Origin: Macrostomum hystrix
Taxonomy: Eukaryota; Animalia; Platyhelminthes
Direction: 5' to 3'
NCBI GenBank assembly: GCA_950097015.1
Contig: CATNEN010000039.1
Span: forward strand, 16,306,001-16,370,000
DNA length: 64,000 nt
Each line of letters starts with the position of its first letter. Position 1 is the stretch's first letter. Both the position numbers and the translations under genes were made by a program. The notes beneath the pieces were generated by a model. The model ran no database searches. It was not told where the DNA came from and saw nothing but the letters and a program-made list of their open reading frames with translations. This document shows, piece after piece, positions 14,153-26,999 of the stretch.

Positions 14153-14459
14153 TCTTTATTTTACAGACTTTAGCCATTAAGTTTAAGAGCTAAAATCCTG
14201 GGACTATGTTAAAGCGGTTCAAAATGATGGATAGTAGTAGAAGGGCTGTCAGTTGTTTAGTTATTCTGTCTAATTTTGATCCCTTTCAGCATTATTTAAT
14301 TAAAGAAACCAATTCTCGTGGTGTCAGTTTTAGTCGATGCTAACAACATACTTAATTTACTTTCGCATGCACTGTCTAATATGGCATGTCGTAACTTTAT
14401 TAACTAAATCAGTTTCGTCTTGAACCAAGCCTGTCAGTTACTCTGTCATTGTTCCGCAG

Positions 14460-14522
14460 GAGTGCGAAGAGCCCAAGACACTGCTAGAAGAGCTCGGCAT
14501 TGTCAGCACTGGAGTGGCCTAA
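14460..14522 (+). CDS. AP1S: AP-1 sigma alternative terminal exon (isoform B, ECEEPKTLLEELGIVSTGVA*)
   Basis: Acceptor gttccgcag|, phase 0 matching the donor after 11932; peptide resembles the vertebrate sigma1 C-terminus (E.E.PRSVLEE.GL). Confidence 0.8.
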   Translation, partial: ECEEPKTLLEELGIVSTGVA

Positions 14523-16376
14523 TTCTACAATGCGCCGTTGTGTTAGTTTAAAAAAAGTATAACAAAAATTCGTTCTAATATCGAAGTCCATTAGTTTTGG
14601 CCTCTAACTGCAATCGTAATGCATGCTGCATCTCGTATGCTTGGAAATTTTTCATGTTCACTTCTTCAGCTTCATCGATTATAAAAAATCCTGCTTCTAA
14701 TTTAGACTTACGTTTTTCGTACATTGCAGCGTACATTACTGATGTCTTTGTACATTAGCAATATCAATTGATCCACAAGTAGACTGTCTAGTGATTCCAC
14801 GATGTTATAATGCGAAACCGATGGTGAACGCAATCATTCCTGTTTTTACTCTTTTATATTTTGCTTTTCTGCTTCTTTTAGTTAATTTCGGATAGAAGCA
14901 ACTGAAATTGGATTAAATATGATTCGTCTTTTGTTATGCACTTTTCACCACTATTCCGCTTACTATAATTAATAATTCACTGCTGATAAATACTAGTCTG
15001 AAAGTAGTAATTAGAATATTCGACTATTAGCGTTTGCCTATCACATATGTAGCTCGTATATAAAAACTGAAGTGTATGCTAATGAATAAAATATAAACTA
15101 CATGTATAACTGAATGCGACAGTGCTGGCATGTGTCTTCATATTCTCTCTGTTAGATTTATCTTGTCGCTGATGTTTTACAAATTAGTACATAGTCGCCT
15201 TTACTGTCGTCGTTCAATGCACATGAATAAATTGCAAGGCTGGTGTTAAATGGTAACATTGCACTTCAACTTTGTTGGATAGCTCATTAAAATATACGAA
15301 TTTCTTCGTTTGCAGAAATCTTTAAAGGGGGCTTTTGATTCATTAAAACCTATGAAGTAAAGTTCTTCATAATTATTTATTTACTTGTTTTAAAATTGTG
15401 ATATTTTTTCTGCTGAATCTAAAAACCGAACACAATAGCAACTACAAAAATACTTAACTAACTTATGTTTAGCTTATTATATGTCTACTACAATTACGAA
15501 GTTACGAAAAAATGCATGTCAAAAATGACGACGAAAAATATGAATAAGTTAAACAACTAGGCTAAATATAAATATTGCACCAAAGTCTGCAGTCTCAATG
15601 GAAGAGAACGTCATAGGCGCGAGGTGGGAACAAAGAAAGGGAAATGAACATCATTATCAGACACATTCGAAATTTAGCCAAGAGATTTGGTTACTGCGTA
15701 TTAAATATATTAATAGTTTGACAAGTTGACGTAGTGAAAAAAGCTTCTTTTCCGTTTTCTACGTGGCGTAGAGAGGATTAAAATAGCAAAAATGATAACA
15801 TTGTTTTAAGGGCGTAACACAAAAGCAACTACAAAAATACTTAGGTGCGAGTAGTAGCACTTATCGAAATCTTTTTCTTTAACCGCGGTTAGATTCAGTA
15901 GAGGGAATTCTGCTCTCGAAAACTCCCTCTCATCCCTCTCAGAATTTCAGAAATGCTGTAGGTTTAAAGTATTCAACCTTCTCTGCTGTAAGATATAAGT
16001 AGGTCACTAAGAAACGTAAGTAACCTAACTCGTTTCCAAACATTTTACAACATAGTCTGCATGTTGGCTGCTGAGTTTATACTAGGACCAACTAGAAGAA
16101 GTCTTCGTCTAGTGGTTCTTCATGGAAATTTGCAAACGGTAAAACTAGCTGTGAATTACTGGCCTTTCTCACTACTTTAAACAACAATTTTGTAAAAGAC
16201 TCAGCAAACATCACACCATCAAGCAGTTCCTAAAGTAACACAAATTGTACATATTTGTTTAAACACTTTCTACTTAGGAAAACTTGTGCATTGTGTGAAT
16301 TCAACATTGAAAGTGAGTTATATTATTCTTAGCCGAGAACTCACCGGAATAAAAGATTAGCACAATAGGAATCAAT

Positions 16377-19300
16377 ATGGCAGTCAATTTCGCGAACAAA
16401 AATTACGAGAAGTCTTCAAAAAAGAAAGAAAATGAAGAATTTGACAGAGGGTACGTCATAAAATTTAGTATTAAGGATAAAAAGGCTTGTAATTATTACC
16501 TGTATTAACTCTTTGCTCATAGTCCTTAGATCGCGACGAAATTTCTATAAATTTCAGGCAACATTACTTAAATTTTCTAGCACGACTTTTTTTAAGTTAA
16601 CTTATATACATGACAAACTTGTTTCTCAGTGTGCGTTCATGCGTTGATGAAAATGTTAACTCTGTTAAAATAATAAACATAACATATTCTATAAATTAAA
16701 CTATCATTGACCATTAACAAAGGTATTGTAAAAGGTATATAAAAATATTGCCCATTTTAAATGCAAATTTTCTGTTATGTATGTTTGCCAGGTTGATGCA
16801 AAATCTAGTAATTTACAAAAAAATGATTTCCTTCGAGTTTTTTTCCTGAAGATACTCGTAAATTAGACATAAGGTTTTTGTTTTATAAAAGTTATTAGAC
16901 TATAATAACATTAAATTTCCTTCATTATTAAATATTTCTTTGGCCATAATATAATAATCTTATTACAACATCCTACGAAATCAAAATTAGTATTTTTTCT
17001 TTTTGCAAGTACTTATGCATTTGTTTTTTAAAGTTTATGTGGGCAAAATATTTTTTAACTTTGTCAGGCGCCGCATGAGTCTGGGATTTCGCGAGGCCGC
17101 AGACATTACAATGATGGTCAACAGATGGCGCTCGGTTTCCATTGAGCGAAGAAAATTCATCAAACAGCGATTGGACATCAGGCACTCTCGACTAAAAAAT
17201 CGGTCTGGAGGTGTGTAATTAATTTGCTTTTCTACACATCTTAAAAAAATCGTTGAATCTTTACATCCCGACATCGCCAGCCAACTGCTGCTCGATTCTA
17301 TGCGAGGAGACACCGCAGAAGGGTGCTAAAAATTTGCGCCTCTTCGGCCGCGACATGACCGACCTCAGCGGTCGCGATGATCTCAGCCGCTGCCTGATGC
17401 GCTACTTCATCAAAATCAGCGACTGCCACAGCGACATCTACGCCGACGAGCTCGACGTTAACGTCCTCAGCGACCTGTTGAATCGCGGCGCGGATCTCAA
17501 CTGGAAGGACGCCTACGGCCAGACCGTTCTGCACGAGGTTGCGCGCAACTGGAGTCCCGGCGTCGCCGAGCTCATGATTCAGAGCGGCGCCAACGTTCGG
17601 GCTGTCGACCAGTTCGGCTGGACGCCGCTCCACGTGGCCGCCTCCTACGACTATCCGGAGATGTGCCGCGCACTCATCCGACTGGGCGCCGACGCCGAGG
17701 CCCGAACCAACAATGGCCAGACGCCATTGTTCTTCGCGGCCAAGACAGATTCAGCGAGAGCTCTGCGGACCCTCATTAAACTGGGCTGTGACCTCAACAC
17801 GAGGGACATTCGCGGCAGGACGCCCTTGTTTGCTGCCTGCGAGCTGGGTGAGTTTGCCTACCAATTGGGAGGCCTGTGGCTGAGCAGTTAACGCATTTGC
17901 CTCTTTTGCCGAGGTCCCTGAGCTCGATTCCGCGGCGAGGTCACATTAAATTGGGGCGCAGCGCGGAGAAAAGGCTCGGGGGCTTGTCAAACAATTTACA
18001 ACCTTGAGGGCCAACCTCCAAGACACCGTAAGAGTGTTCACTGCGTGACGATGAGAAAGTCAAGGCAGATGTACTCAATTGTGTGCGTGTGTGCTTAAAA
18101 GTCAGCGGAACGGGCGGAATTGCATCCTCGCTGGCAGCGGGTCTAGTGTCACCAAACGATGTGCCATTGCCTGCAGCCCTCCGGAAATTGTTATTATTGT
18201 TGCTATTATTATCATTATAAATTGATTATTAGTTACTGAGATCACTTAACCGATATTGCTCGGTGGATGCTGAATTAAAATAAAATTAGAATGCTTGTCT
18301 AACGGCATGCATGCAACAGAAAAAGTATCAGAAAATTTGAAATTTCAGACCGCAGCGAAGCAGCTGCACTTCTATTGGAGCACAAGTGTGACGCATTTGT
18401 TCAGGACAACAGCGGCCAGATCGCGTTTGTGCCGCTAATTGAGAAAATGCCACCTCTGGTGAGAACTCGATCATTCAGCTTCGAAGTTAAATTACATGTC
18501 GAGACGCTTTTTAATTAGTAAAATCGCATTGGCATTTAACGAAACCTGTTTTAGGCTGAAACGGCTCTGAATCAACTCCACAAAACCTATCGCATCGAGC
18601 GCAAGCAGCGATTGGACCTGTTCAAATTGGATCCGCGACAGGTGGAACACCCGAAATCGGTTCAGGGTGAAAAAACTGGTGGACGACCAGTGGTGACTCC
18701 CACAGCTTATCATTCTGCGGTGAGTGCTTCAGTAAAATAAGCTGGCGAATACTTTTCGCACTTTGAATGGTTTCGGACTAATCTTATCTTGAGATTTCAT
18801 CCCAGGGAGGGAGGTGGGCGTAACGGAGTGAGGTAGGGTGTAAAGTGAGTGGCGGCCTCCAGGGAGGGAGCTGGGCGTAACGGAGTGAGGTGGGGTCTAA
18901 AATAGAGTGACGGCCTCCAGGGATCGATTGAGGTGGGCGTAACGGAGTGAGGTGGACGTAAATTTTGTAGTGAGGAGTGAGTGGATGCAGGAGTGACGCT
19001 GTCATTTAGTGATACCTTTTTGAGAGCATCAGTTTAATTTCCCTAATTGCACTTAGCAACTCTACTTGCTTATCATTTCCTTTAATTTACTTAAATTGCG
19101 TGTACTATATATTATTTATCTGAAAAACTTGATTCACTTTCAGGGAAATTATCTGGTAAAGCATAAAGGCCTTCTTTAAATTTCCTTGCTAAAAACTATA
19201 TCTATGCTTTAGTTGCAATTGGGTTATTTTTTTTCTTGTGAAATAAAAGGTGGTGTTGTTTTCATTGCCACAACTCGGTTCCAGATGAAGGCAATTATTG

Positions 19301-22300
19301 AGACGAATAATTATCAAGTGATCAGCTCAACTGTCATCACAGCTATGATAAGCGTCCAGTGGAGAATGTTTGGAAGGTTTGAAAATGTGTCCGAATATGT
19401 TTTTAGGGCGTGGCTTTCATTTTAACACTTCGCTTTATCTCAAAATCTTCTCTTTAAGCGGCCAGCTTGTTTGTCTGCAAGCTTTCATTTGTACATGTCA
19501 ACGCAGTTTCAGGTTGAGTGCTTTGTTAAAAAAGGCTTTGTCTGCATCTTAAAATAAAATTAAAACGTTTCACAGATACTAGCTATCTGTATAACATTAA
19601 TAACAACCATTCTAGGAAAGTTTAGTAACAGACAATGCAGTGACACTTGGGAATGGGGATAGATCACACTGATAGACTCTGGAGAATGAGGATAGATCAC
19701 ACTGATAGACTCTGGAGAATGAGGATAGATCACACTGATAGACTCTGGAGAATGAGGATAGATCACACTGATAGACTCTGGAGAATGAGGATAGATCACA
19801 CAGATAGACTCTGGAGAATGAGGATAGATCACACAGATAGACTCTGGAGAATGAGGATAGATCACACAGATAGACTCTGGAGAATGAGGATAGATCACAC
19901 TGATAGACTCTGGAGAATGAGGATAGATCACACTGATAGACTCTGGAGAATGAGGATAGATCACACTGATAGACTCTGGAGAATGAGGATAGATCACACT
20001 GATAGACTCTGGAGAATGAGGATAGATCACACTGATAGACTCTGGAGAATGAGGATAGATCACACTGATAGACTCTGGAGAATGAGGATAGATCACACTG
20101 ATAGACTCTGGAGAATGAGGATAGATCACACTGATAGACTCTGGAGAATGAGGATAGATCACACTGATAGACTCTGGAGAATGAGGATAGATCACACTGA
20201 TAGACTCTGGAGAATGAGGATAGATCACACTGATAGACTCTAGGGAATGGGGATAGATCACTCTGATAGACACTTGGGATTGCATAATAGACACATTTCT
20301 ATACTGATAGATCAGCATAAAAAGATGCTGAGGTACGTGAGGAACGAAAAACGTAAGTTAAGGGCTATGTTTTTATTCATGCTTACGCAATCTACTTTTA
20401 ATGTTTGCTACTAAAGATGCACTTCAGCATTCATAATTTAAACAAAAAAAACTTTTTAAGTTACACTTTTGAATAGCTTTTTAACAAATTTCTAATTCTG
20501 TAGAGTTTCAGGGCCATTAAGGACTTAAAATTATTTTCACGTCAACGTCAACGTTCATGCAGAATCCGAGCAATCGGTCAAATCATCATCCAGCTAATCA
20601 ACATCATTCTGTGGACAGTGTTCGCTGTTGACAAAGAATGGACCTCGCGCTATCGGTACGAATTTCCACAGGACGGCTATCGCGTTGCCGTGCTTGTAAG
20701 TGTGTTAAGGAGTGAGGTGGGCGTAAAGGAGTGAGGTTAGCGGAAGCAAGTGATGTTGGCAGAGGGGAGTGAGGTTGGCGGTAAGGAGTGTGGTTGGCGC
20801 AAGGGAGTAAGGTTGGCAGAAACGAGTAAGATTGGCGGAAGGGAGTGAGGTTGGCGGTAAGGAGTGAGGTTGGCGGTAAGGAGTGAGGTTGGCGGAAGTG
20901 AGTGAGGTGGGCGTAAAAATGACGTGGGTGTGATGGAGTTGGTTTAAGGCAGACGTAATAGAGCGAGGTGGACGATTTGAAACGAGTGAGGCGCGTATCA
21001 GTAATTTTCACTGTAAAAATAATTTTCAGATTGGTGCCATCGGAATCACAATGTACTTGATCATCGACGAGATCTTGGAGATCGTCAGATCAAAAAGTCG
21101 GCATGCTGTGAGTTTAAATCGATCGATTGTGATAAATTCGGGATTTTACGTTTTTGTCAGCCGTGGTTTTCGCCCCGAAAGTTGATTTCGACAGTTTTGT
21201 CAACTGTATTTGATTGATTTCAACCATAGGCTTGGAAGAAGTGGAAACTGGCGCTCATTGAGGAGGACCTAAAATTCGTGCACCCCAGTCACGACGAGGA
21301 GGGTCGCTACCTAAGTAAGGAGGCCACAATTGTGGAAGAAACTCAGACGTCCTACTTTGACGATTGGTGGAATTTTCTCGATTGGGCTTGTTACGTCATA
21401 CTGGTGGCTTCCCTAGTCTCGCACTTTGTTGATGTCGGTTGGCCTGGCAACGAGGGCAACCTCATCGTGGCCAGGTGGCACGTGAGAATTATGGCCCTGA
21501 ATATTGTGGTCTTGTGGATTCGCCTATTGAAGTACGTTAAGCCGTTTGAGTTTTTTGGACCGTTTATTGTCATGCTGGGCATGATTCTTGGCGATCTGTT
21601 TAAGTTCTTCCTGCTCTATCTGGAGTTCTTCATACCGTTCGGTGAGTGTCTAAGCTTGAGGTGGGTGTCCAAGATTGAGGTGGGTGTTTAGGCTTGAGGT
21701 GGGTGTCCAAGATTGAGGTGGGTGTTTAGGATTGAGGTGGGTGTCCAAGATTGAGGTGGGTGTTTAGGCTTGAGGTGGGTGTCTGGTATCTAATCTTTAG
21801 GTGGATATCTAAGCGTGAGGTTGGGTTTTCATTCCCAAAAATCTATCGATTTCAGCCTGCATCTTCTGGACAATTTTGGGCGACAAGAACAACATGCGAG
21901 AGGTGGACATTCTTACATCTGGCACACTGAAAAACTACAGCCTTTACAACTTCACGCGAGTTACAGTAGAAAATTTTGACACTGTGTACAGCACCATGTT
22001 CATGATGTTTCGCCTGACTCTGGTCGATGCCTACAGATACGATGCAAGTCATTTTCAATAATGTGCATCTTTGCTTGTGCTCACCTGTTAACTGGCGTAA
22101 CGGAGTGGGGTTGGGTGGGGTGTAAAAGAGAGTGACCGCCTCCAGGGAGTGAGGTGGGCGTAACGGAGTGGGGTTGGGATGTAAAAAAGAATGGAGGTCT
22201 CCAAGGGAGGGAGGTGGGCGTAAGGGAGTGAGGTTGGGGTGTAAAAGAGAGTGGCGGCCTTCAGGGAGTGAGGTGGGCGTAACGGAGTGGGGTTAGGATG

Positions 22301-24161
22301 TAAAAAAGAATGGAGGTCTCCAAGGGAGGGAGGTGGGCGTAAGGGAGTGAGGTTGGGCTGTAAAAGAGAGTGGCGGCCTTCAGGGAGTGAGGTGGGCGTA
22401 AAGGTGTGGGTTGGGGTGTAAAAAAGAATGGAGGTCTCCAAGGGAGGGAGGTGGGCGTAAGGGAGTGAGGTTGGGGTGTAAAAGAGAGTGGCGGCCTTCA
22501 GGGAGTGAGGTGGGCGTAAAGGTGTGGGGTTGGGTGTAAAAAAGAATGGAGGTCTCCAAGGGAGGGAGGTGGGCGTAAGGGAGTGAGGTTGGGGTGTAAA
22601 AGAGAGTGGCGGCCTTCAGGGAGTGAGGTGGGCGTAAAGGAGTGGGGTTGACAGTGTAAAAGAGAGTTGCGAAAAGTTATTATCAATTATATGCCTAATT
22701 AAACAGTGCTCAAATTTTAGACAGTTTTTTATTTAACGAAAGTAACTTCGTCCGCTCATCGGAAGGAAAACAAATTTTAAACACTTTTTCCTATCTTAAA
22801 AAATTGCAGCAAATGGCGGACATTGATCCCATCACTGCTCAAGTGATGCTCGGCTGTTGGTTCTCAATTTCGGCTATTCTCTTTCTCAATCTGTTCATTG
22901 CGCAACTTTCCGAGACTTTCAAATCGTGAGTACTCAATTCGGACAATCTACGGTGTCACTGGAAGGTCAAACCTTTTCGAGTACCGACCGCACCTGTTAC
23001 TATTTAATCACACCTGTTAGACTATTTGATCACACCTGTTAGACTAGCGATCAAATCAAGCTCTCACCTACCCACCCGACAGTGTATTCGACAATGCTAA
23101 GGCGGCGGCAGCAATGCAGAAGGCGATCACTTTGCTGAGCTGTTACGAGTCCATGGCTATGCGTGACAGGGTGAAATTTCACAGCTACCTAGCCGAAAAG
23201 TGCAAACCGTTGGAAATGCCCTACGACGACGATGTCACAATGAACAACCCGAATGAGGAGCAGCAGAAAGCAACGCTGGATATTAAAGTAAGATTAAGGA
23301 GTAAAGTGTGACTATAATCCTAGCTTCGTCAAAATCAAAACTTGCAACCAAAAACAGGCCATGGCAGAGGAGATCCATAAAAAAGTGACTCGCCTCTACG
23401 ACCGAGAAATTACGAAATCTGATTCAGACGAGAACGACCTCGAGCACGACGTCAAAGAAGAGTCAGCCAAGAACAAGAAGAAGCGAAAGACTAAGACTAG
23501 ACAAATGGTTGAGGTTGGCAAAATAATGATTTTATGCACTCGGACCCACCAGATGTCTATGGACTCTGACCCACCAGATGTCTATGGACTCTGACCCACC
23601 AGATTTCTATGCACTCTGACCCACCAGATGTCTATGGACTCTGACCCACCAGATGTCTATGGACTCTGACCCACCAGATGTCTATGGACTCTGACCCACC
23701 AGATACTTTGACCCACGTACTGGTAATCTGATAAATCTAACACACAAAATGAGTCCAGTCTGACCCAAATTCCCAAATTGATTATATCGCACTCAAATGC
23801 ACCCGACCATTATTTTAGCTCACCCAGCTGCATCGATTTCCTACCGATCACCTTCCAGAAATCCGCCATGAGCATGCAGGCTCGTCTTGAACGCCTGGAG
23901 GCTGACACCCGTTCCGAGCTGCTCAGCATCCGACTCATGCTGCGCGATGTGGCCATCGTTGTTGCCAATCTGACGCGCAACGATTCCACCGCCACCTCCT
24001 CGACAGTTGATGCAGGGTCAAATCGCGATCCGGACGATTCGGACAACGATCGCGACGACGACGGGAGACATCCTGATTTTCCTGCGGCGCGAAGGCAGGC
24101 CAGCGGTATCACAGAGGTCGAGCCGGCTGTGCCTCTATTTCAGAGGAATATCATGCTCTAA
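16377..24161 (+). CDS. TRP cation channel with N-terminal ankyrin repeats and 6 TM segments (TRPV/TRPA-like, about 913 aa)
   Basis: Exons 16377-16450, 17068-17210, 17281-17847, 18349-18458, 18555-18719, 19285-19376, 20563-20695, 21030-21107, 21230-21641, 21856-22043, 22810-22925, 23083-23287, 23358-23513, 23859-24161 join in frame (2742 nt). Ankyrin motifs GQTVLH, GWTPLH, GQTPLF, GRTPLF; YFDDWWNFLDW; S4-S5 WIRLLKYVKPFEFFGPFIVML; pore FRLTLVDAY; S6 FLNLFIAQLSETF; C-terminal coiled coil. The first two exons are less certain. Confidence 0.9.
17869..18220 (+). mobile_element. tRNA-derived SINE-like element (family A) in a TRP intron
   Basis: A-box-like TGGCTGAGCAG, B-box-like GCTCGATTCC, (TTA)n tail; partial copies at about 62068-62165 and 47610-47646/48755-48791. 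Confidence 0.65.
18805..19000. repeat. G-rich GAGGTGGGCGTAA-type intronic repeat
   Basis: Imperfect units sharing a motif with the arrays at 20708-20990 and 22093-22668. Confidence 0.8.
19650..20275. repeat. 33-bp minisatellite (GGATAGATCACACTGATAGACTCTGGAGAATGA), about 18 copies
   Basis: Direct periodicity; explains the 11-aa-repeat ORFs on both strands. Confidence 0.97.
20708..20990. repeat. G-rich about 20-bp intronic repeat (GGAGTGAGGTTGGCGGTAA)
   Basis: Imperfect tandem units starting 12 nt after the donor at 20696. Confidence 0.85.
21650..21790. repeat. 19-bp intronic repeat (TTGAGGTGGGTGT...)
   Basis: About 7 units alternating between two variants, directly after the donor at 21642. 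Confidence 0.9.
22093..22668. repeat. About 59/60-bp alternating G-rich minisatellite
   Basis: Dimeric higher-order units containing GAGGTGGGCGTAA and GTAAAA, inside the GC-AG intron. Confidence 0.92.
23543..23715. repeat. 25-bp minisatellite (GACCCACCAGATGTCTATGGACTCT), about 6 copies
   Basis: Direct periodicity. Confidence 0.93.
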
Positions 24162-25503
24162 TTGGAATGGGTATATTTGTGTACTGAAAATTGATATATT
24201 AATCAACAACAAGCTGATTTAGTGAGTCGAAATAGCACATCGTGAGCTGTGCATTGCGTGCGCCAACAATGTTATAAGATATTAGAGTAAATGAAAATAC
24301 TCACTTATACGATTTACATTCAAATATGCTATAATATTTTCATCAAAGTATGAGCAAATGAATTAGTTTGTCTCATGCCATGACTAAAAGCTATCTGTAT
24401 ATTTGCATTCTACCTGAAAGTAGTTTTCGTACTTAATAAAGTTTATTTGAACTTTTAATCTATAATTCTCAGAGCCGATCTTCATTTTACTGACGAATAC
24501 GAGCTACGGCGTTAGAAAAATACTAAAAACTTGTAATTTCTAGCACACTAATTCTTTTGTATGAGCTCATCAGTTATTCAGAATACCAGCTATGGTTTAT
24601 GGTACAAAGGCATGTGACTCAATAAATTTTTCTTTCATTATCTCAAGTTTTGGACAAGCAAGTATTTGTGACGTTGGATTTGTTTAATTAAAAATAAAAT
24701 TGACCAACAAGCCTTGAAATATGTCTAGAAGTACTTTCAATGCTCATTGTTTAGAAAAAAGAGAAACAGCAAAACTCAAAGAATCTGAGTTTTCGTCGAG
24801 CAATTAAAGCAGGCAAACGCTGCTAAAACGGATTCGCTCTTTAATATAGAAGTTGATGAAAGAAAAATTTTCACGTCATCAATACGTGAAAGCTTTTCTG
24901 CTTGGAAGCCACACGCAGAAAACGCAGAAACACGCAGTTTCTGGGAAAAGCGGAAATTCAATTCTTTGGGTGAGATTTAGAGTGAGATTTAGCGTGAGAT
25001 TCAGGCGGTAGAAGGCGGGGTACAAGGCTCAGAGCCGCCAGCCAATCAGCACGCGGAGGCACCCACCTCCGAAAGAAACCATATCATGCACCCTCTGTAG
25101 TAAATTCCCGCGTAGGCCGATATGGAGCATTAGGTGACATCATATTTTCAATCCCTATTTTTTGCGATACTGAAATTGTAGGCCTGGGTCTTTCTTGCCG
25201 GAAAAAAACATACGACTTTTTTTACGTCTTTTGACACCGTATCAAACTGTGTCAAGCCGTTTATTGACTACAATCGTCAAAAGTCTGATAACAGTGACAC
25301 GTCTTCTAGGGATGAACTTATGCATTGGGTCAAGCAAGGCCTGCTCGTTTATCCTACAACTAGTTTGATTATTAGTGTAAGTCATGCACCTGTAAGGCAG
25401 TTTATATTTAAACCAACACACATGAATTGGAAAATGACGTTTTAAGCCTATTGACGCCACGACAAAAACATTACCTGCTAGATTTTCAGCTTGAGCTATG
25501 TCG

Positions 25504-25583
25504 ACAACAACAACAACAACAACAATAACAACAATAACAACAACAACAACAAAAACAATAACAATAAAAACAACAACAACAAA
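25504..25583. repeat. (AAC/AAT)n microsatellite
   Basis: Seen directly; produces the poly-N and poly-T ORFs. Confidence 0.95.
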
Positions 25584-26170
25584 CCCTACTGGGATGACGA
25601 GCTCAGCGAGCTCAATGACGCCAGAAACCGCCTCCAGGAGATCAGAAACAACAGTTCTGGAAATATTACGTCCAATGCATCTTCGAATCCAGCGACCCCG
25701 AACAAGCGTGGAAGGACTGTCAAATGTCTGAGCAATGACAAGCAGCCCTCCAACAGCAACGAAACTCTCATTGCTAATGGGCGGGAGCTGCGCACGGACA
25801 GCGAGAAAGCGGACGCATTCGGGCGTTACTACGCTGACATCAGCACCCTGAAACACGGGGCGGAGGACCGGAAGCCCAAGGTGGACACGGCCCGACGGCT
25901 ATCCAGCTACAACGTCGGGGATGACACCTACCATGTGAGAGCTCAAGTAGCGCGCCATCAACAAGCTTGACTCCAATAAGAAATGTGGACCCGATGACAT
26001 TGAGGCCGCGCTCTTCATGCACCGCCCCTCGAACTGGCTCGAAGTCTGGCTCGTGATTTTCAACCGCTGCTGGCGCACGGGCCATTTCCCGGCAGCTGGA
26101 AAAAGGCCATCATTGGACCCCCTTGACCGGGTAGCCATCGCTCAGTGAGCCTCACGTCGGTCTGCGGAGA
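25584..26170 (+). mobile_element. Degenerate non-LTR retrotransposon ORF2 fragment (linker and start of RT)
   Basis: Frameshifted motifs PYWDDELSEL..ARNR, EKADAFGRYY, KKCGPDDI, FPGSWKKAII and R(S)VSLTS match the usual LINE order PWW..., K.PGPDGI, P..WK.A.I, RPISLTS. Confidence 0.75.
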
Positions 26171-26171
26171 G

Positions 26172-26995
26172 CAGGTTGGTGTTGTTGCTGTTGTTGTTGG
26201 CGTAACAGATCCCTCGCATACGGGGGCGGGCCAGCACGCCCATCGCCTCGACAAAGGTCCGCACCCGGTTTGGGTCTTCCCACAGGAGGGACATTGAGCC
26301 AGTGGTGGCCCTCTGGAGGGTGTCCCGACGCTAATCCGCCCACCGCGGGCAGCCGAGCAGGAATTAAGTGGCAGGAGTCCTCCACTGGGGCAGAGCAATG
26401 GGGCAGGTCGCAACGGGGAAAAGGGTAGCTTGAAGAAACGGCGCGCGGCTCGCCCTGAGCTGGAACAGAGCCACCTCGGCCGTGCGGGAACAGGCGCGGC
26501 TCACCAGCAGCCGCGCTTGCCGCCGCTGAGCCTGTGACTGTGGTCGGGAGGGACCAGGTCTATAGGTAGTTCCTGTCATCTTCAGCTTGACCTTGCCTCC
26601 TGAGGGCGGCTCGGAGTGCTGCGACCGGCACTGGCATTGGCATTGGCACGGGCCAGATTGTCAGCTTCCTTATTGAGCGCCAGCCCGGTGTGCCCCGGCA
26701 CCCAGATGACGGTGAACGGTGGCAAGCTGCTCCAACAACATCAACGCCTGGGCAGTAGCGTGGTCCGTTAGGCATTTCATCGGTGACTAGAGCCGCTCAA
26801 AGAGCGCTAGATAGTCGAAAAGCAGCCACACGGTCATGCTTTGGCCGATCCTGGAGGTTGACGAGGCCGCCTTAAGACCGGCCGCGGCCGCAGTCGCTTC
26901 TGCAGTAGTTGAGCAAGTCAGGCGGCCCGCTGGGACACTGCCTCGGATGTCCCGGCAACCTGGCAGCCCTTTTCCGGATCAGAATGCCTCCTCCT
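26172..26995 (-). mobile_element. 3' fragment of an RNase H-bearing LINE (I/Ingi-like) with (CAA)n tail
   Basis: Minus-strand translation gives AGRLTCSTTAEATA, WLLFD and WVPGHTGLALNKEADNLARA (RNase H), then EVALFQLR...CP..ED..HL (degenerate CCHC region), ending at the gttgttgctgttgttg tract. Frameshifted. Confidence 0.8.
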
Positions 26996-26999
26996 GTAA

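Noticed and set aside
19377-19425. Short TRP intron using the acceptor at 19406
   Set aside because: It would be a 30-nt intron leading to a stop; the acceptor at 20562 continues the frame into S1.
19560-20318. Repeat-peptide ORFs (also 31513-32326, 51660-52876, 56562-57030, 59820-60239)
   Set aside because: They are by-products of minisatellites that lack stops in some frames, and lie in introns or spacers.
25491-25970. Poly-Asn protein gene
   Set aside because: It is a microsatellite fused to a frameshifted LINE fragment.
25584-26995. Twin-priming 5' inversion of a single LINE insertion
   Set aside because: The (CAA)n tail lies between the two pieces rather than at the outer end.
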